A DNA stretch of 64,000 nt from positions 248,001 through 312,000 of the forward strand of contig NW_003314363.1 of NCBI RefSeq assembly GCF_000143415.4, given 5' to 3'. The notes beneath the pieces are model-generated. The model had not been told where the DNA came from and did no database searches. It saw only the letters and a list, made by a program, of their open reading frames with translations. Position numbers and translations under genes: made by a program. The stretch is from Selaginella moellendorffii. Taxonomy: Eukaryota > Plantae > Lycopodiophyta. Numbering within the stretch: the stretch's first letter is position 1; every line of letters begins with the position of its first letter. This document shows, piece after piece, positions 12,833-26,460 of this stretch.

Positions 12833-15800
12833 AGAATATAGGAAATTAATCTTGCATTTAGAAGCATCATCTTGAGTCTTGAGACTCAAATCTTGAGACT
12901 CAAGAACAGGAAGAAGTGGCAGTTACCACCACGTAGGATTAGTTAAAGGGGTAAGTTAGCACTCAAACCCTATCTCTATCTCTTTTATACTCCGGCTTTC
13001 CATTAATGTATATCCAAATGCTCAAGATCTAAAGTACTCAAGTGATGTGAAGCCTATTCTTGCTCACGACCATATGTATGAGCTTTCTTGGGTATTAAAG
13101 ATCTCAAGTTAGTTCCTAACTTAATTGTGTGTGTGTCTAGAGTAGGAATTAGTAGTAGTAGCACACAATCACAACAAAAAGTACAAGTAACATTATCAAC
13201 AAGCCCTCTATTTTTCCTACAATGATAGCAATAATATTTTGTCTCTCATGCCTGCACATAGTTGTCTAGTATTTTCCCTAGTTTTCACTAGTAACCATAG
13301 TAGGATAAGAGGCATCACGAAAAGAAGTAAAATCCTAGCAAGAAACAACAAAAAAAAGAAAACAAGACAACTCCAAAGAGAAGATAATAGGGAAAAGATG
13401 ATGAAAACTTGAAGACCTTTATGAATTCTTGAAGTACAAAACCTACCCAATTCAATTAGAAATGATGAAAGATCAATACACATGTCTTTATTAAAATCAA
13501 AGTGGTTACAATTGTCCTCCATGAACACTCAAGATTATAGCAATCCATTGATACTCAAGAAAGTCTATGACGATAGATGAATTAACACAACTATCCTTTC
13601 AAAGATTAAAGATGTAAAAAGTATGAAGATTATTTCCTCTGTAGCTTTGAAAATCTTATCAAGCCCTACACTGTGTGCTACCCAAAAAAATAGTGTCATT
13701 ACTACATCACAAACAAGACTACTCTGAAGAATAAAGATAAAGAAAAAGCTAATAAAGAAGTCAACGAGAAAGAAAACTAATAAGAAAGGGATTACATGCA
13801 AAAAAGATAATATTTTGTTTGACCATTTCGCAAGAGTCTAAAGTCTGATTTAGATTTATCAAGGTTATATTTTCTTCCACACTTTCATTAATTTCTTATG
13901 AATATATAAACAAGTACCAATCACATTATTTATTGATAACAAACTTTCCCAAAGTGTTAGTTGCAAGTGAAATCAAGATTGTCAATCCACAAATTTATAA
14001 ATTTATTGTTGAACGAAGAAATCTTGACACTTAAGAAAATGCAATAATACTACTTCAATTACTACAAAAACCAATTAGTGACACACTTTCAACAACAACA
14101 CTCACTCAAATTCACAACTATATACATTGAAGCATAATAATGTGCATCAATAAAACTAGAAACTGTTGACCATACCATCAATCTACATCTACAAAAAATC
14201 TCGATGTTAGAAAACTTGCTACAAATGAATAACTCTGAATTTATTTTCCTAAGAGTTTTACCACACTTAAGAACTCAATTATAGCAAATAAAAATACGAA
14301 TTCCAAGACAACTATCACATCTACAAGCATAAGAACAACCTCAAATTTAAGCTTATACATAACTTCAAAGAGTTGAACCTCAAAGTCTGATTTGGAGCAT
14401 TGAAATTCTAATAGCATTTATTCAAATCGATGCAAAAGATACCAACTCTTATATTCACAGACAAATCTAACGTATCAACATTAACGCAATAATGCTAATT
14501 TGACTCATCACCAAAATTTCTATGACTAAACTTTGAAATTAAATCCACAATCATCACCGAGATAATCCCAAGAAGAAATTATTGAAACTTCATAACAATA
14601 AACTCAAGAAGTATTAGACTATCAAGGACACCAATGCAATAGAATTAAAAGAAGGAGACACAAAATTTGAAGAAATTGCAATTATGATATTTCTCATCTT
14701 TAAATGTGAATACAAAAAAACTTTTGAGGGCATTCAAGAATTTGCATCTTGAAATTTAAGAAAAAATCTTCAACTTAGTCTACAATAAAAAAAATCAAGA
14801 AAACCATATACCAATATGTTTATGAATCATTATTTATTGCGAAAAATTTGTAAGAAAACAAAATAAGATAGAGCTTTACACGTGGAGACTCATCCTTGAG
14901 TTTTCCTAGATCTCCCATATTTACCTAGATTAAGAATACATTTGCCAAAGAGAAGAAATATAACAATATACAAGATGAAATTAATTAAATCTACAAAAGA
15001 CTACTGACCTTTATACTTCAAGAAATCAAGAAAATCATTGGACAAAAATTCTTTCAAGGATACATCACACTTGAAAGTGCAGCTATACATGAGTTAATTG
15101 GTAAGAAATATGAAATGGAATTTGGGTGAAAGAACTATAGATACATCCACAAACACTCAAGTTTTTAGCCAAAGTAATTTGCTAAATGCAAATATCTTGA
15201 CGCATGGATAGCGATAAAAGATAGAAGAATACAAAAATCAAAGATTTGGAAACTTGTTTCAACATTAACATTGAGAACAACACCTCAAATACAACCACTA
15301 CTCAGCTCGGATATTTCAAATATCACTATTGATTTGAAAGCACAGATACTCATAGTAAAGATGTGAAAAAGTAGACACAACATAATTAAAGGTAAGCCAC
15401 ACACACTTTTCAAAAATTTATTATAACAAGGACTCGTAAAAAGAGTAGCCATAATTGTTCAATCCCAAAGTTGGTGAGTAGTGACCTTATTGAAAATTGA
15501 TCAAATTTATCAAGTTGAGTACAACATAGCAATAGAAATACCAACACATAAGATCATGTTAGTTTATACAACATGATTCTACAACTATACAACATTTCTT
15601 CAAGAAGACTACAATATACAAAAAGTTAGAAGACAAACTCAAGAAAACAAACTCAAGATAATGAATTCAAGAAAGCAAATACAAGACTCTAGTAAAATAT
15701 TAAATATATACATACAAACCCAACCCGCTCAAGATACAAGATCGACAACAACAAAAACGAGAAGATAAAAAAGAATGCTAGAAAGATTTAGAGAAATAAA

Positions 15801-16345
15801 AAAACACTCAAACTCAAGAACAAATCTAAGAGAACATCATCAACAACTACAACAAAAAGAATCAAACAATATAAGTGGGAAAATCAAACCAAAAGAATAT
15901 AACAAAAACTGAAGATTTAACAAAACAAGATTAAGAAAAATACCACCTCAGAGGAACCATAGTTGAACATCTTGAACACTTCAAAAGTATAAAAAAAATA
16001 GTAAAGAAGACATTGAAGATTACACATAAAGATTCAAATACCATGTAAGACATTACAAAAATTTACTAATTGAGCAAGATAAATATATTTAGTATGTATA
16101 GGGTTTGAAAATTTATCAATAAATGGTTATAATGGCAAGTGCTGATGACAACTTTGAAGTTGATATAATTGCCAAAGAAATTTCTAAGAAGATAAAAAAT
16201 CTCAAGAAATAGTTTTGAAAATTCTTGAAATTGAATCTTTAAGAAATGAAGACTATTTAATAATGAAAAAAATACAACCTTGAATATAAGAAAAAGAAAA
16301 AAAAAAAACCTCACCAAGATATTTAAGAAAGTTATAATCAAGAAT

Positions 16346-17533
16346 TGTAGCGCACCTGAATTTGGAACTGAACTCCAAGCTCGTTGTGCTACGAAACAAG
16401 CTTGAAACTTATTAAATATGGAATTGTAAGCGACTAAATTTTCCATTCTACTTTAGTCACTTCACCACACCTTTGACCACTTGGAGGAGTCTCATTCACA
16501 ACCTCCATAAGTCCAATCCAGGACTTGGGACTTGCTAGCCCCGAGAATGGCATCCCTGCCACTCAACATTTGCACTTGGTCCAAGTGCTCCACGTGTCCG
16601 ATCCCATGACCGACACTCAAAGGTACCATCGACATAGCAGCCCGTTACGCTAAGGCCATGCCCAATCACCTTTGCCACACTGGTAGTCCAACACCACTTG
16701 CATCACCGTCTTGGCTCTCAAGGACTAGGCAAACCATCCGTGAGTGGTCATCTCAGATCCACTCCTTAGCATCCTTAGGATGCCCACCAACAAGGGGAAT
16801 AGCCTTCCCCAATATCCCTCTGTCAGTCCCCACTAAGTCCCTTTCTGCCCCTAGCTGTGTTTGCCAACACTGCCACTGGATCGAGACCCACAGGCCTGAC
16901 CACTAAATCCCACGGTCCTCTGGGACTTCCTCACCACACGACTGTGTCCTTGGTCACTACCCCAGAGGACTGCTCCTCTTCCTTTCCACAGTCTGGGCCT
17001 TTGGGACAACATTTCGGAACACCGTGGCCTTACGCGAGCCACCTGGGTACTCTCCTCGCCTTCTGCCCTTTGGTGCTCTAGCCATGGGCTTAGAGCGAGG
17101 ATCCGTTGAGCCACGACAGGTATCCAAGTAGGTAGTGCCACCCACACTTGGATTGGGAGCATCGGCCAGTCGATCTCCCGGGGGAACTAAAGCCGGCTCT
17201 TGAACACTTCACCAAGCTACCCCGCTTGTCGGTCCGTGTTCACTCTAGTCTTGGACTTCCCAGTGGGCAACTCATTACCCAACACTGGGTCCGGCCTTCC
17301 TGGGCCAAACTGGCCTTTCCTGGCCAAACTGGCTCCACCACAGTCCTCCCCCTACTATACTTTTGGAGCTCACCAAACCCCCCAGGGTCTGGGAGACGAA
17401 CGCTTTGGGCTTTCACCCTCTCAGGCTCCGGACTCGGACTCAGACTCGGACTTGGACTCGGACTCGGACTCGGACTCGGACTCGGACTCGGACTCGGACT
17501 CGGACTCGGACTCGGTCTCGGTCTCGGTCCCGA

Positions 17534-17571
<38 letters not shown>

Positions 17572-18842
17572 CCGGTCTCGGTGTTGGTCTCGGTCTCGAC
17601 TTCGGACTCCATCTCGGGTCCATCTCGGACTCCATCTCGGACTCCATCTCGGGTCCATCTCGGGTCCATCTCGGACTCCATCTCGGACTCCATCTCGGAC
17701 TCCATCTCGGACTCCATCTCGGGTCCATCTCGGACTCCATCTCGGACTCCATCTCGGGTCCATCTCGGACTCCATCTCGGACTCCATCTTGGACTCCATC
17801 TCGGGTCCACCTCGGACTCCACCTCGGACTCCATCTCGGGTCCACCTCGGACTCCACCTCAGACTCCATCTCAGGTCCATCTCGGACTCCATCTTGGACT
17901 CCACCTCGGACTCCACCTCGGACTCCATATCGGGTCCATCTCGGACTCCATCTCGGACTCCATCTTGGGTCCATCTCAGACTCCATCTCGGACTCCATCT
18001 CGGGTCCCACCTCGGACTCCACCTCGGACTCCATATTGGGTCCATCTCGGACTCCATTTTGGGTCCATCTCGGGTCCACCTCGGACTCCACCTCGGACTC
18101 CATCTCGGGCTCCATATCGGGTCCATCTCGGACACTTCCACGTATCATGTGTTGGTCCTTTTGGGTCCCTTTTTGGAGCCTCGCCTATGGCTCGCTTCGT
18201 GCTCATTCCTCGAGCACTTCGTTGGGAGTTCCACTCCCGCTCTTGACTTTTTCAAGTCGGAGCTTTTGGTCCAAACGTGTTACGCTCGTTTGGCTCTTGC
18301 TTCGGCCACTACCACGTGGCGCCCTTTCCGGCTCTACTTTGGGGCCTAGGGATTTTGTGTCTCACAGGAATGTCCTTAGATTGCGAATTTGGACATAGAA
18401 CGAACACTATTGTATTTAAGCCAATCTTTACATTCTATAGATATGCCAAATAAGCGAATCGAAGCACTTTCCATAAATAGCATTTATGACTGAAATGAGA
18501 CTAACACAAAGAGCATGATAGCGAGGGTGTTTGGCAAACACGGTAAGCTATCATCTAGCAATATTAAGGGATTAGTCTCAATATATGAAGGTTCTTGTCA
18601 CTAGCAAGTGCAAGACAAAACAAGATGGGAACTCCTTACTAGGCTAAGTATGCTTAGCTAATAGCACGTAGGAATTCCGTTTTTATGCTTGTCTCGTCTG
18701 CCTAGTTAACTCCACTAGCACAAGAGGGGCTACGAAAGGGATCCAATTATACTGACATTTTGCTGTCATGGCAGTAAGGAAAGAGTGTTCCTAAGGATTG
18801 GCAAACAAGTATTTTTCGATACCTGAAGTCACATTCGCGACA
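16346..18842 (-). mobile_element. Internally deleted solo LTR of family B (~550 bp net) inserted in D gag, itself interrupted by a family-A solo LTR
   Basis: TGTAGCGCAC...GAAGTCACATTCGCGACA ends. Flanks AGAAT/AAAAT are a TSD with one mismatch. Confidence 0.8.
16425..18366 (-). mobile_element. Solo LTR of family A (1942 bp)
   Basis: Same termini as A1 LTRs (TGTAAGCGACTAAAT...GTGTCTCACA). Perfect TSD GGAAT (16420-16424 / 18367-18371). No PBS or PPT adjacent. Confidence 0.93.
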
Positions 18843-21160
18843 AAAATGGACTCAATGAAGGAGTTTGGTGTACAAAATATAAGAACGAAGGACATATTGC
18901 AACTGAATGTAAATTATAAATTCTTAAATGCCAAATTTGTGAAAGAGAAGGACATAATGTGAAGGTCTGTCGATATCGAGGAGCTATAAAAGTCACAAAA
19001 GTAAAAAATACATCCCAAACTTCTCCACTGAATCAAAAACAGTACAATCATCCTCCAACAAAATCAACATCAATAGCAATCCAACTATCCAAATCAAGGT
19101 AATTATAATCATAATCTGAGATACCAAAGAAGTTATAAGCATGATTACCAAAATCATCTTGAGCATATCCTTGAAACAACTATCAATAACAACTTTAGAC
19201 TCAAGATTTTTGGCCTCAATATCAATAACAACAAAATCAAAGAAACTGACCAACTCAAAACAATCAACAAAACTGAAGCCCTCCACCAATAGCAAAAAAT
19301 GTTGACATAGAACTAGTCGAAGAAGAGCAATGTGAAGATGAACCAAAAATCCAAATTCTCACACAAACTTAAAATAAACATATGAATAATAAAAAAGAAG
19401 ACCTTAACAACAAAATTGAAGAACAAGAAATTCAAAACCAAATATAAGAAATTCCAAGAGAAGAATGGCAAGAGGCTAAAGAGTTTGTTGATATAGTGTA
19501 GTAAGACTTTCAACAATAGGAACTTGAAATAGATGACGATTAAAAAATTACAGTCAAACCCTATAAAACATGAGAAGAAACCATAGCTTATAAATAAAAT
19601 TCTTTAACAAAGTATTACACCTACCCTTCAAGATCTTTTGTAGGTCACCCCATACTTGAAGAAACAACTAGTCAAAATTTATCAAGTGCCAACACAAGCA
19701 TAATCACCTCAAATAAAGAAAAAGACTGACAACACTTCAATTCATGAATTTGTCATTCAACTTGGTGACTTTGATGAATATATACCATATATACCAATTT
19801 AGATAGGAAAGAACAAAATTCCTCAAACAATCATTGATGGTGGTGCAAGTGTCAATATTATTAAATACTCAATATGTAAAGTCATGGGATTTGGACTAAT
19901 TCAACTAACATCCTTCAACGTCAAAATGACTAACAACAACCATTTGAAATGATCCGCAACATCCCAATCAAGATCAAGGATCAAAAGTTCAAAGTAACTT
20001 TCATCATACTCAAGATGGCTAAAAAACACTATTCCTAAAAAGTACTTCCTGGACAAACTTGGCTCAAGAAAGATAATGTTGTCATATATTAGCAAAAGAA
20101 CATAATTACCTTTGAAAAGCATCAAGAAGCCCTTCGAATCTCCACAAGTACAACGAAGAAAATTCTAAAGAAATTCCAACTAAATATTATTTAATATTAT
20201 AATTGGAATGAAGGCCTTAATAACTATGAAGAAGCACAAATCTCAAAGGCGTGCCCAAAATTGAAGTCTCTTATTGAAGTGGATCTCAACTGAGTTATTC
20301 TAAAACCCAACTCAATTTACTTAACGAAATTTAAAACTCAAAAAATTTAACTCAAGGAAAAGCTTCTGACTCTAAAAGATTCAATACTCAAGATTACACT
20401 AATAGAGATCAAGAAATAGTGCGACCAACAGGGAATTAAACCTGAGCAATTCTAACTAATTCAACAACAAATCAACTTCAAGGAAGAATTAACTCTTTGA
20501 CAAGAAGGATCTCAACTCAAGCCAATTCTCAACCTTGAATAACCAATTGAAAAAATCAATTTAAGAACTGAAGATGAACTACAGAAGTTTCATATCACAA
20601 AAGATTTAGATTACACCTTAAAAAATAAAGTAATTGGCATATTAAATAAGTACAAAGATGTTTTTGCTTGGTCTTACATAGATTTGTGAGGAATACCTCT
20701 TGAGATCTACATACATCAGATTGACATTCTTTCTTAGACTATACCATGAAAACAATTACTATACCAAATAAACCACAACATACAACTGGAAGTCAAATAA
20801 GAATTCAACAAACTCGAGTAAGTTGGTTTCATTTACCCAATCTAGAACAAAATAGTTATCACCACTGCTCATTATTCCTAAGAAGAATGGCAAATTTATG
20901 ATTTGCATCAACTACAAAAAGCTCAATGATGCAACATGAAAAGTCACATTCTTGATTCCCTTCTTTGATGAAATTCTTGACACAGTCACAAAACATGAAA
21001 TGTACTCATTCCTCAAAGGCTTCTCAAGATATAACCAAGTTAATATTACTTCTAAAGCACAAGATATATCAGCGCAAGATAGCTTTCATCAATCTATGGG
21101 GCACTTACACATATCTACATATACCATTTGGTCTTTCTAACATATCATTTACTTTCCAAA

Positions 21161-24100
21161 TGTTGTGAATATAACTGTAATGAGTCCTTTCGGATATTCT
21201 TTCCTTACTACCATGACAGTAGGAGGTTAGTATTGTTGGATCCTTTATTAGTTAATAAACTAGTTATCACATGTGTAATTAAACTAGAAGGGCATTAAGG
21301 AAGGAAATTTTAAGTTGTCATTTAGTCAAGCATACTTGATACAATCATGAGAAACTCATATTGCACTTGTTAGGGTTAGGAACCCCTGTGATATTGAGTT
21401 TGGTCCTTCATATTCATTAGGATCGTGTCTGCCAAGATACTTTTGCTATCATGCCCTAGATGTTGGTCTCATTTAGTTCTATTGGTTATTTAAAGAAAGT
21501 GTCTAGATTTGCTAGTTTGGCATATTTACGGAATGTAGAGATTGTCATAAATACAATGGTATTGGTCTCATGTCTAAATTCACAATCTAACGGTATTTCA
21601 TATTTAGTAAGTTTCAAACTTGTCTTAGAGATTAACTCTTAGTACTAAGGATGAAAGCCCAAAGTGTGCATTCTGCTATAGGGGGTTCCAAATGTATAAT
21701 AGGGATAGTGGTTATAGGCATGGCTAACTAACTTGAGGCATAGTCTAGCTCCCACTTACGTGTCTATCCTTGTTCTATGTCCAGCTTGGGTCTAAACCCA
21801 AGTTCCATACCATGCTAGTTAGTGGAGTATTTATATCCTTGAGTTAGGCCATTAATAACGCCAAACTCTATTTGGCTTTGTTTTGCATGTTAATTTTGGC
21901 ATTGGGATGTTGGAAACTTTAGGATTGTTCTAATGTCATTTTCTGCTCCTATCTCTTTGTTCATTGGACTAAACATTTAGGAGTCATTTCTGGTTTAGGT
22001 CATTCACTTTTTAGCTACAAGCTTAGGAGTTTGGCTCTATTCCTTTATTTAGTGGCTTAAGGCTTTAAAACTTGGGTTCTGCTCCACTGTCTTTAGACAC
22101 ATGGCATGTGGCATGTGGCATATGACATATGGCATATAGAGGGTTTAGATTATGCTTTGTGGTTATCATATAGTAAATCACCATAGGATAAAAGGTGAAA
22201 ACCACATGCATTACATTTGGTATCAGAGAATGAGTTTTAACGAGTACTATCTAATGTGATTGAGCAACTAGTCTCGTTGTATATATAAAGATGAAAATGA
22301 TAATCCAAGTGGGTATACGTTTGGGTGCTATGACTTTGCATTCATTCCTTGGCTATGGATTTTGGTTACTTTTTATGTTATATTGTGTGAGCTTATACTT
22401 GGGCTTAACAAGATTAATGTTAACCTACAAGAGTTTGGTTGGAAAGAGAGTGACATGAGTTTGTTTATGTTGTGAAAAAAGTTGGTGATATTTAGTGTTG
22501 TAAATCTCTATTGGTGGGGTGTGGCATTTATGTTGTATTTTGTCTAATAGAGTTGGCATTTGATACTCATATAAACTTTTGAAGTAATCATATAGGCTTG
22601 CTTTTGGTGTTGCTTAATTGATAATCAAGTCATTGTAATTTTTATATCATATCCATGTGATTGTGAGCAATGTGTTTATGAAGTTGCTTGGTCAAACAAT
22701 GATCAACCCCAAAGTGGTTGATAGAAAAGCTAGTCTACTTACAAGAAGTAGCATTAAAGTAATTTTGACTTGGTTTGCTTGAGTTGGTACTTTAGTCCTT
22801 GAAAATTTGCCTATTAGGTATTGAAAAGGGTTGTGGTTTATCTATTAACACTTGAAATAAAGTGAGATAGAAAAGGTTTATAGTAACATTATTAACACTT
22901 GTGTTAGCAGAAGTGACATTGTTGTTTTGAGTGATAAAGAGTTTTTCCTTAGAGCTTGATTTTTCATGTTAATGTTTTGGCTTCACATTGGATCCTAAAG
23001 GTGATTGAAGAAGAGTGTTAATGCAATATAAATATCCAAATATATAGTCTTTGTGATTAAACCTTGGGTATTCATCTGCATTTTATAGATATTAGTGTTG
23101 GATGTAAAAAATATGGGCAAAATGTTCAATGTTTAGACATACTATTAGGTACTAAGAGTCATTCTTTCTCTAGGATAAAAATTTTCCATAAATTTTCTTA
23201 AAACTTTTCCAATAACTAATTTATTGATCATTTTGCTTGAAAACCATTTCATTTTCGAAAGCCATTACAAATTAGTGAAAGGGAATTGACTTTGGTTGGC
23301 TTAAGCATTAGTAAGTAGTTTATATAATGCAGCCCAAAAGGGATATTAACTTTTGGGGCTAAAGAAATTGAGTTGAATAGAGTCTAGAGTTTATATAAAA
23401 AAGTGGTTATTGCTCTTTTCTAAAAAAGTGACTTTTGTTCCTTTTTTTTTGTAGCATTATGCTTCGTGGTAGGTAACATTTTACATTTCAATAAACTCTA
23501 TAAGATTAGTGAGCTATCACTAATTCTAACTTGGTCTTAGTAGCCTCATGCCATGGCTAAGGATGGTGATATTCAATTTAGTTGTTAGAGGTTGAAATGT
23601 TATTACCTGTACTATAGCTTTGTCTATTATGAGGTTGTGTACTATATAATCTATATTATAGTCTTTACTTTAGTTTCGGCCAAGTGTTGATCATGTATTG
23701 CTAACCTCTTAAAACCTACTCAAGATTGTTGGCTAAATGCATTAGTGAGTTTATTATGGTTGAATTGGATTCGAATGATCATTTAGTTCATGCTTGTCCA
23801 CGAACTTTTATCTTGTACCTAAGGTGTTACCTTCTTATTAAATAAATATATGACTCAATGGCATGAGTTTAATTTTCAAGTCTTGTGAAAGGCAAGTTGA
23901 AGAGTGATTATTGGTTACTTTGCAACTAATGATTGTTTATAGACTTTGTTGAGAACTTTTAACACTTGCTTTGCTCAATGAAGATTTATCAGTGATAAAC
24001 TTATTTACTGGATGATATTATAGAAGATCATATCGTTGGGTTTACATGGTTTTTCTATGTTGATATGTCAATTCTACCTCTGTCAATATAATTTAGTTGC

Positions 24101-26025
24101 ATTTAATTTATAGTGTTGGATTGCATTGAGTTTTGGATATGGTGATTCATTCCTTGATAATGTATTATCTATAACTGAGTATCATTAAAGGATTAGTTAA
24201 TTTAGTTGTTAAAGAGCTTTGTGTAAGCAACTAAATTTGGACTTCCCAAGAGGTCACCTAACCTAGTATTATTTAAACCTAAAGACACTTAACTCTAAAT
24301 ATCCCAAGACCCTTAACTAATTGGAAAAAGGGGTGCACTTTTATTCATGGGCCCTTTCCCTCTATATTTAAACTCTATAGATCGTCTCTCGAATCGTTCC
24401 TTTTGGTTGCTTACAATTTATCACACTTCCCTGTAAGTTCACACCCTCATGAACGGAAGCTGAGAGCTATAGCTCTCTTGAGAGCGCCGCTCTCTTGACA
24501 CCCTACCCTTTAAGTCGAGCCCAGCCAAAGCAAACTAGACTTACCAAATGTTAATCAACAAAGTTAGACTTAAGACCCTCTTTGATACCAAGACCCCTTT
24601 AATACCAAATGTAAGTTCTTGAATTTACACTTCCAGAGAGGTCATCCAGCCCAATAGTATTTAAACCCAAGGATGTTTAACTCTAAATATCCCAAAACCC
24701 TTAACCAATTGAAAAAGGGGGTGCACTTTTATTTATAAGTCTATATTTAAACCCCATGAATCGTCTTTCGAGTCGTTCCCTTTAGTTGTTTACACTTTGA
24801 GTGGTGATTCACTTTTACTTTCTTCTAGCTTTAATCTAATGTTGATGAAATTTAAATGATGCCCTATTGTTAATATTGTTGATGTTAAGATTGGAATGAG
24901 ATGAGATGTCTCTCCATAGGATGGATATTGAGTTTCATTAGTCTCAATATAGATAGTGTTCATGATTTGGCTATAGCTTTGTGTTATTTGACATTTGTGC
25001 ATTTGCTAATTAATATTTATATTGGCATTTAAACAAGCTAAATGGCAAGTTAAGTTTATTATGTTCTAAATGAGATTATTTAGTAGGGTTGTGCTTTAGC
25101 TTTTCCTTAAAAAGTAGCTTTATGAGAGGAAGAGTTAACAATCAATATTAAAGTTGGTTATTCTTTGTTAAATTTGAGTTGTGAATATATCGATCATTGA
25201 TGTTTTTTTTATGCTTGTTATGAAGTGAGTTACATTTTACTATAAATGGATTTATGGAGGACTAATTGGTGATTACTTATTGAGCATAGTTTTTGTTGTG
25301 CTTAGCTTTTGGATTGATATAAACATACTTTTTATTAGCTTGGCATTATAAAGTTTGGCTTTTGGATGTGCTAAGAAGAATATTGTGGGTTGTACCATAA
25401 TTTCTTTTTTAACATTGAAGTTAGTTCATGTGAGATTTATAATCATTATTAAGTGAGACTTAACTATAAGCTTTTTTGAGCTTTTCGGTTTTTAAGTTCT
25501 TATACTCATTATTCTATTTGTTAAGAGCTGTTGGGGAAGGCACTTGGTATTTTGCATCTGGCGATTATTAGTGATGATTGATTGTTATCTAGGATAATTG
25601 ATTATCTTTATCAAAATGTTTTACTTTATTATTATTGATGTAAAATGATTTGCCATTCTTTAGGATGGTGGATTGTTTTTTCAACGATGATTTTGCATCT
25701 CTTTACTAATAGGATGATTGATGATCTTTCATGATCGTTAATTTTTCTTATTAATAGCTTTTAGTTTTTCACATTACTATTTGTTCTTTGTGGTTGGGCA
25801 TGGCTTTGCACTTTTAGACATCTCAAAGCAACAAAAGCAGTAATAAAGACTCTAAGCTTTAAGGCATAGTAATTGGGATCAACCAATTATTGTAACTTTA
25901 ATATATTTGTAGTATAAAACTCTTTTGACTAGTTTCATTATTTTCCACATTGCTTAGGATTAATCTTTGATATCGGTAAAATGTTGTTGACACTTACTTA
26001 AGCAACTTAAGTTCCTTCATATTAT
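21161..26025 (+). mobile_element. Older family-B element (B'): 5' LTR 21161-22215, Met PBS, truncated non-coding interior
   Basis: LTR is the reverse complement of the B LTR. TGGTATCAGAG at 22218-22228. Interior is reverse-complement-colinear with ~28320-32287. Inserted right after D RT ...FTFQ. Confidence 0.85.
24222..24794 (-). mobile_element. Complete Cassandra TRIM (573 bp; LTRs 24222-24415 and 24610-24794)
   Basis: Perfect TSD CTTTG. TGTAAG...TACA LTRs with a 5S-like box at ~24239-24294. PBS segment is duplicated (gaccctctttgataccaa-gacccctttaataccaa). PPT-like tract next to 24415. Confidence 0.92.
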
Positions 26026-26460
26026 TGTAAGCTCCTCAATTTAGACTTCCCGGGAGGTCACCCAGCCCAGTACTATTTAAACCCAAGCCCCAAGTATCCC
26101 AAGACCCTTAACCAATTGGAAAAGGGGGTGCACTCTTATTTATGAGCCATTTCCCTCTATATTTGAACCCCATGGACTGTCTCTCGAGTTGTTCTTTTTG
26201 GTTGCTTACAATTCACTACACTTCTCTGCAAGTTCACACCCTCATGAATGGAAGCTGAGAGCTACAGCTCTCCCGAGAGCCCCTACTCTCTTGACACCCT
26301 ACCCCTCGGGTCGAGCCTAGCGAGAGCAAACTGAACCAACCAAATGTCAATCAATATGTGGTGTGATTCCCCTAGCCAACCAACAGAGTTGGACCCGAGA
26401 CCGCTCTGATACCAAATGTAAACTTCTGAGTTTGGACTTTCTGGGAGGTCACCCAACCCA
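26026..26460 (-). mobile_element. Cassandra TRIM with truncated 5' LTR (LTR 26026-26210; LTR stub 26417-26460 fused to a B LTR)
   Basis: Perfect PBS TGGTATCAGAGC (reverse complement of gctctgatacca, 26403-26414). 5S-like GACTTCCCGGGAGGTCACCCAGCCCAGTACTATT at 26044-26077. Confidence 0.88.

Larger units (their letters stand above)
12900..21160 (+). mobile_element. Degenerate AT-rich non-chromovirus Ty3/gypsy element D, 5' part (gag, zinc knuckles, protease, RT N-terminal half); left boundary approximate
   Basis: Gag-like KEDIEDYT*RF...YV*GLK (~16000-16110). Knuckles VWCTKYKNEGHIATEC / CQICEREGHNVKVC (18862-18970). Protease IIDGGASVNII (~19830-19863). RT YKDVFAWSY...PFFDEILDTVTKHEMYSFLKGFSRYNQV...PFGLSNISFTFQ. 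All parallel element E. Many stops and frameshifts. Confidence 0.85.
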
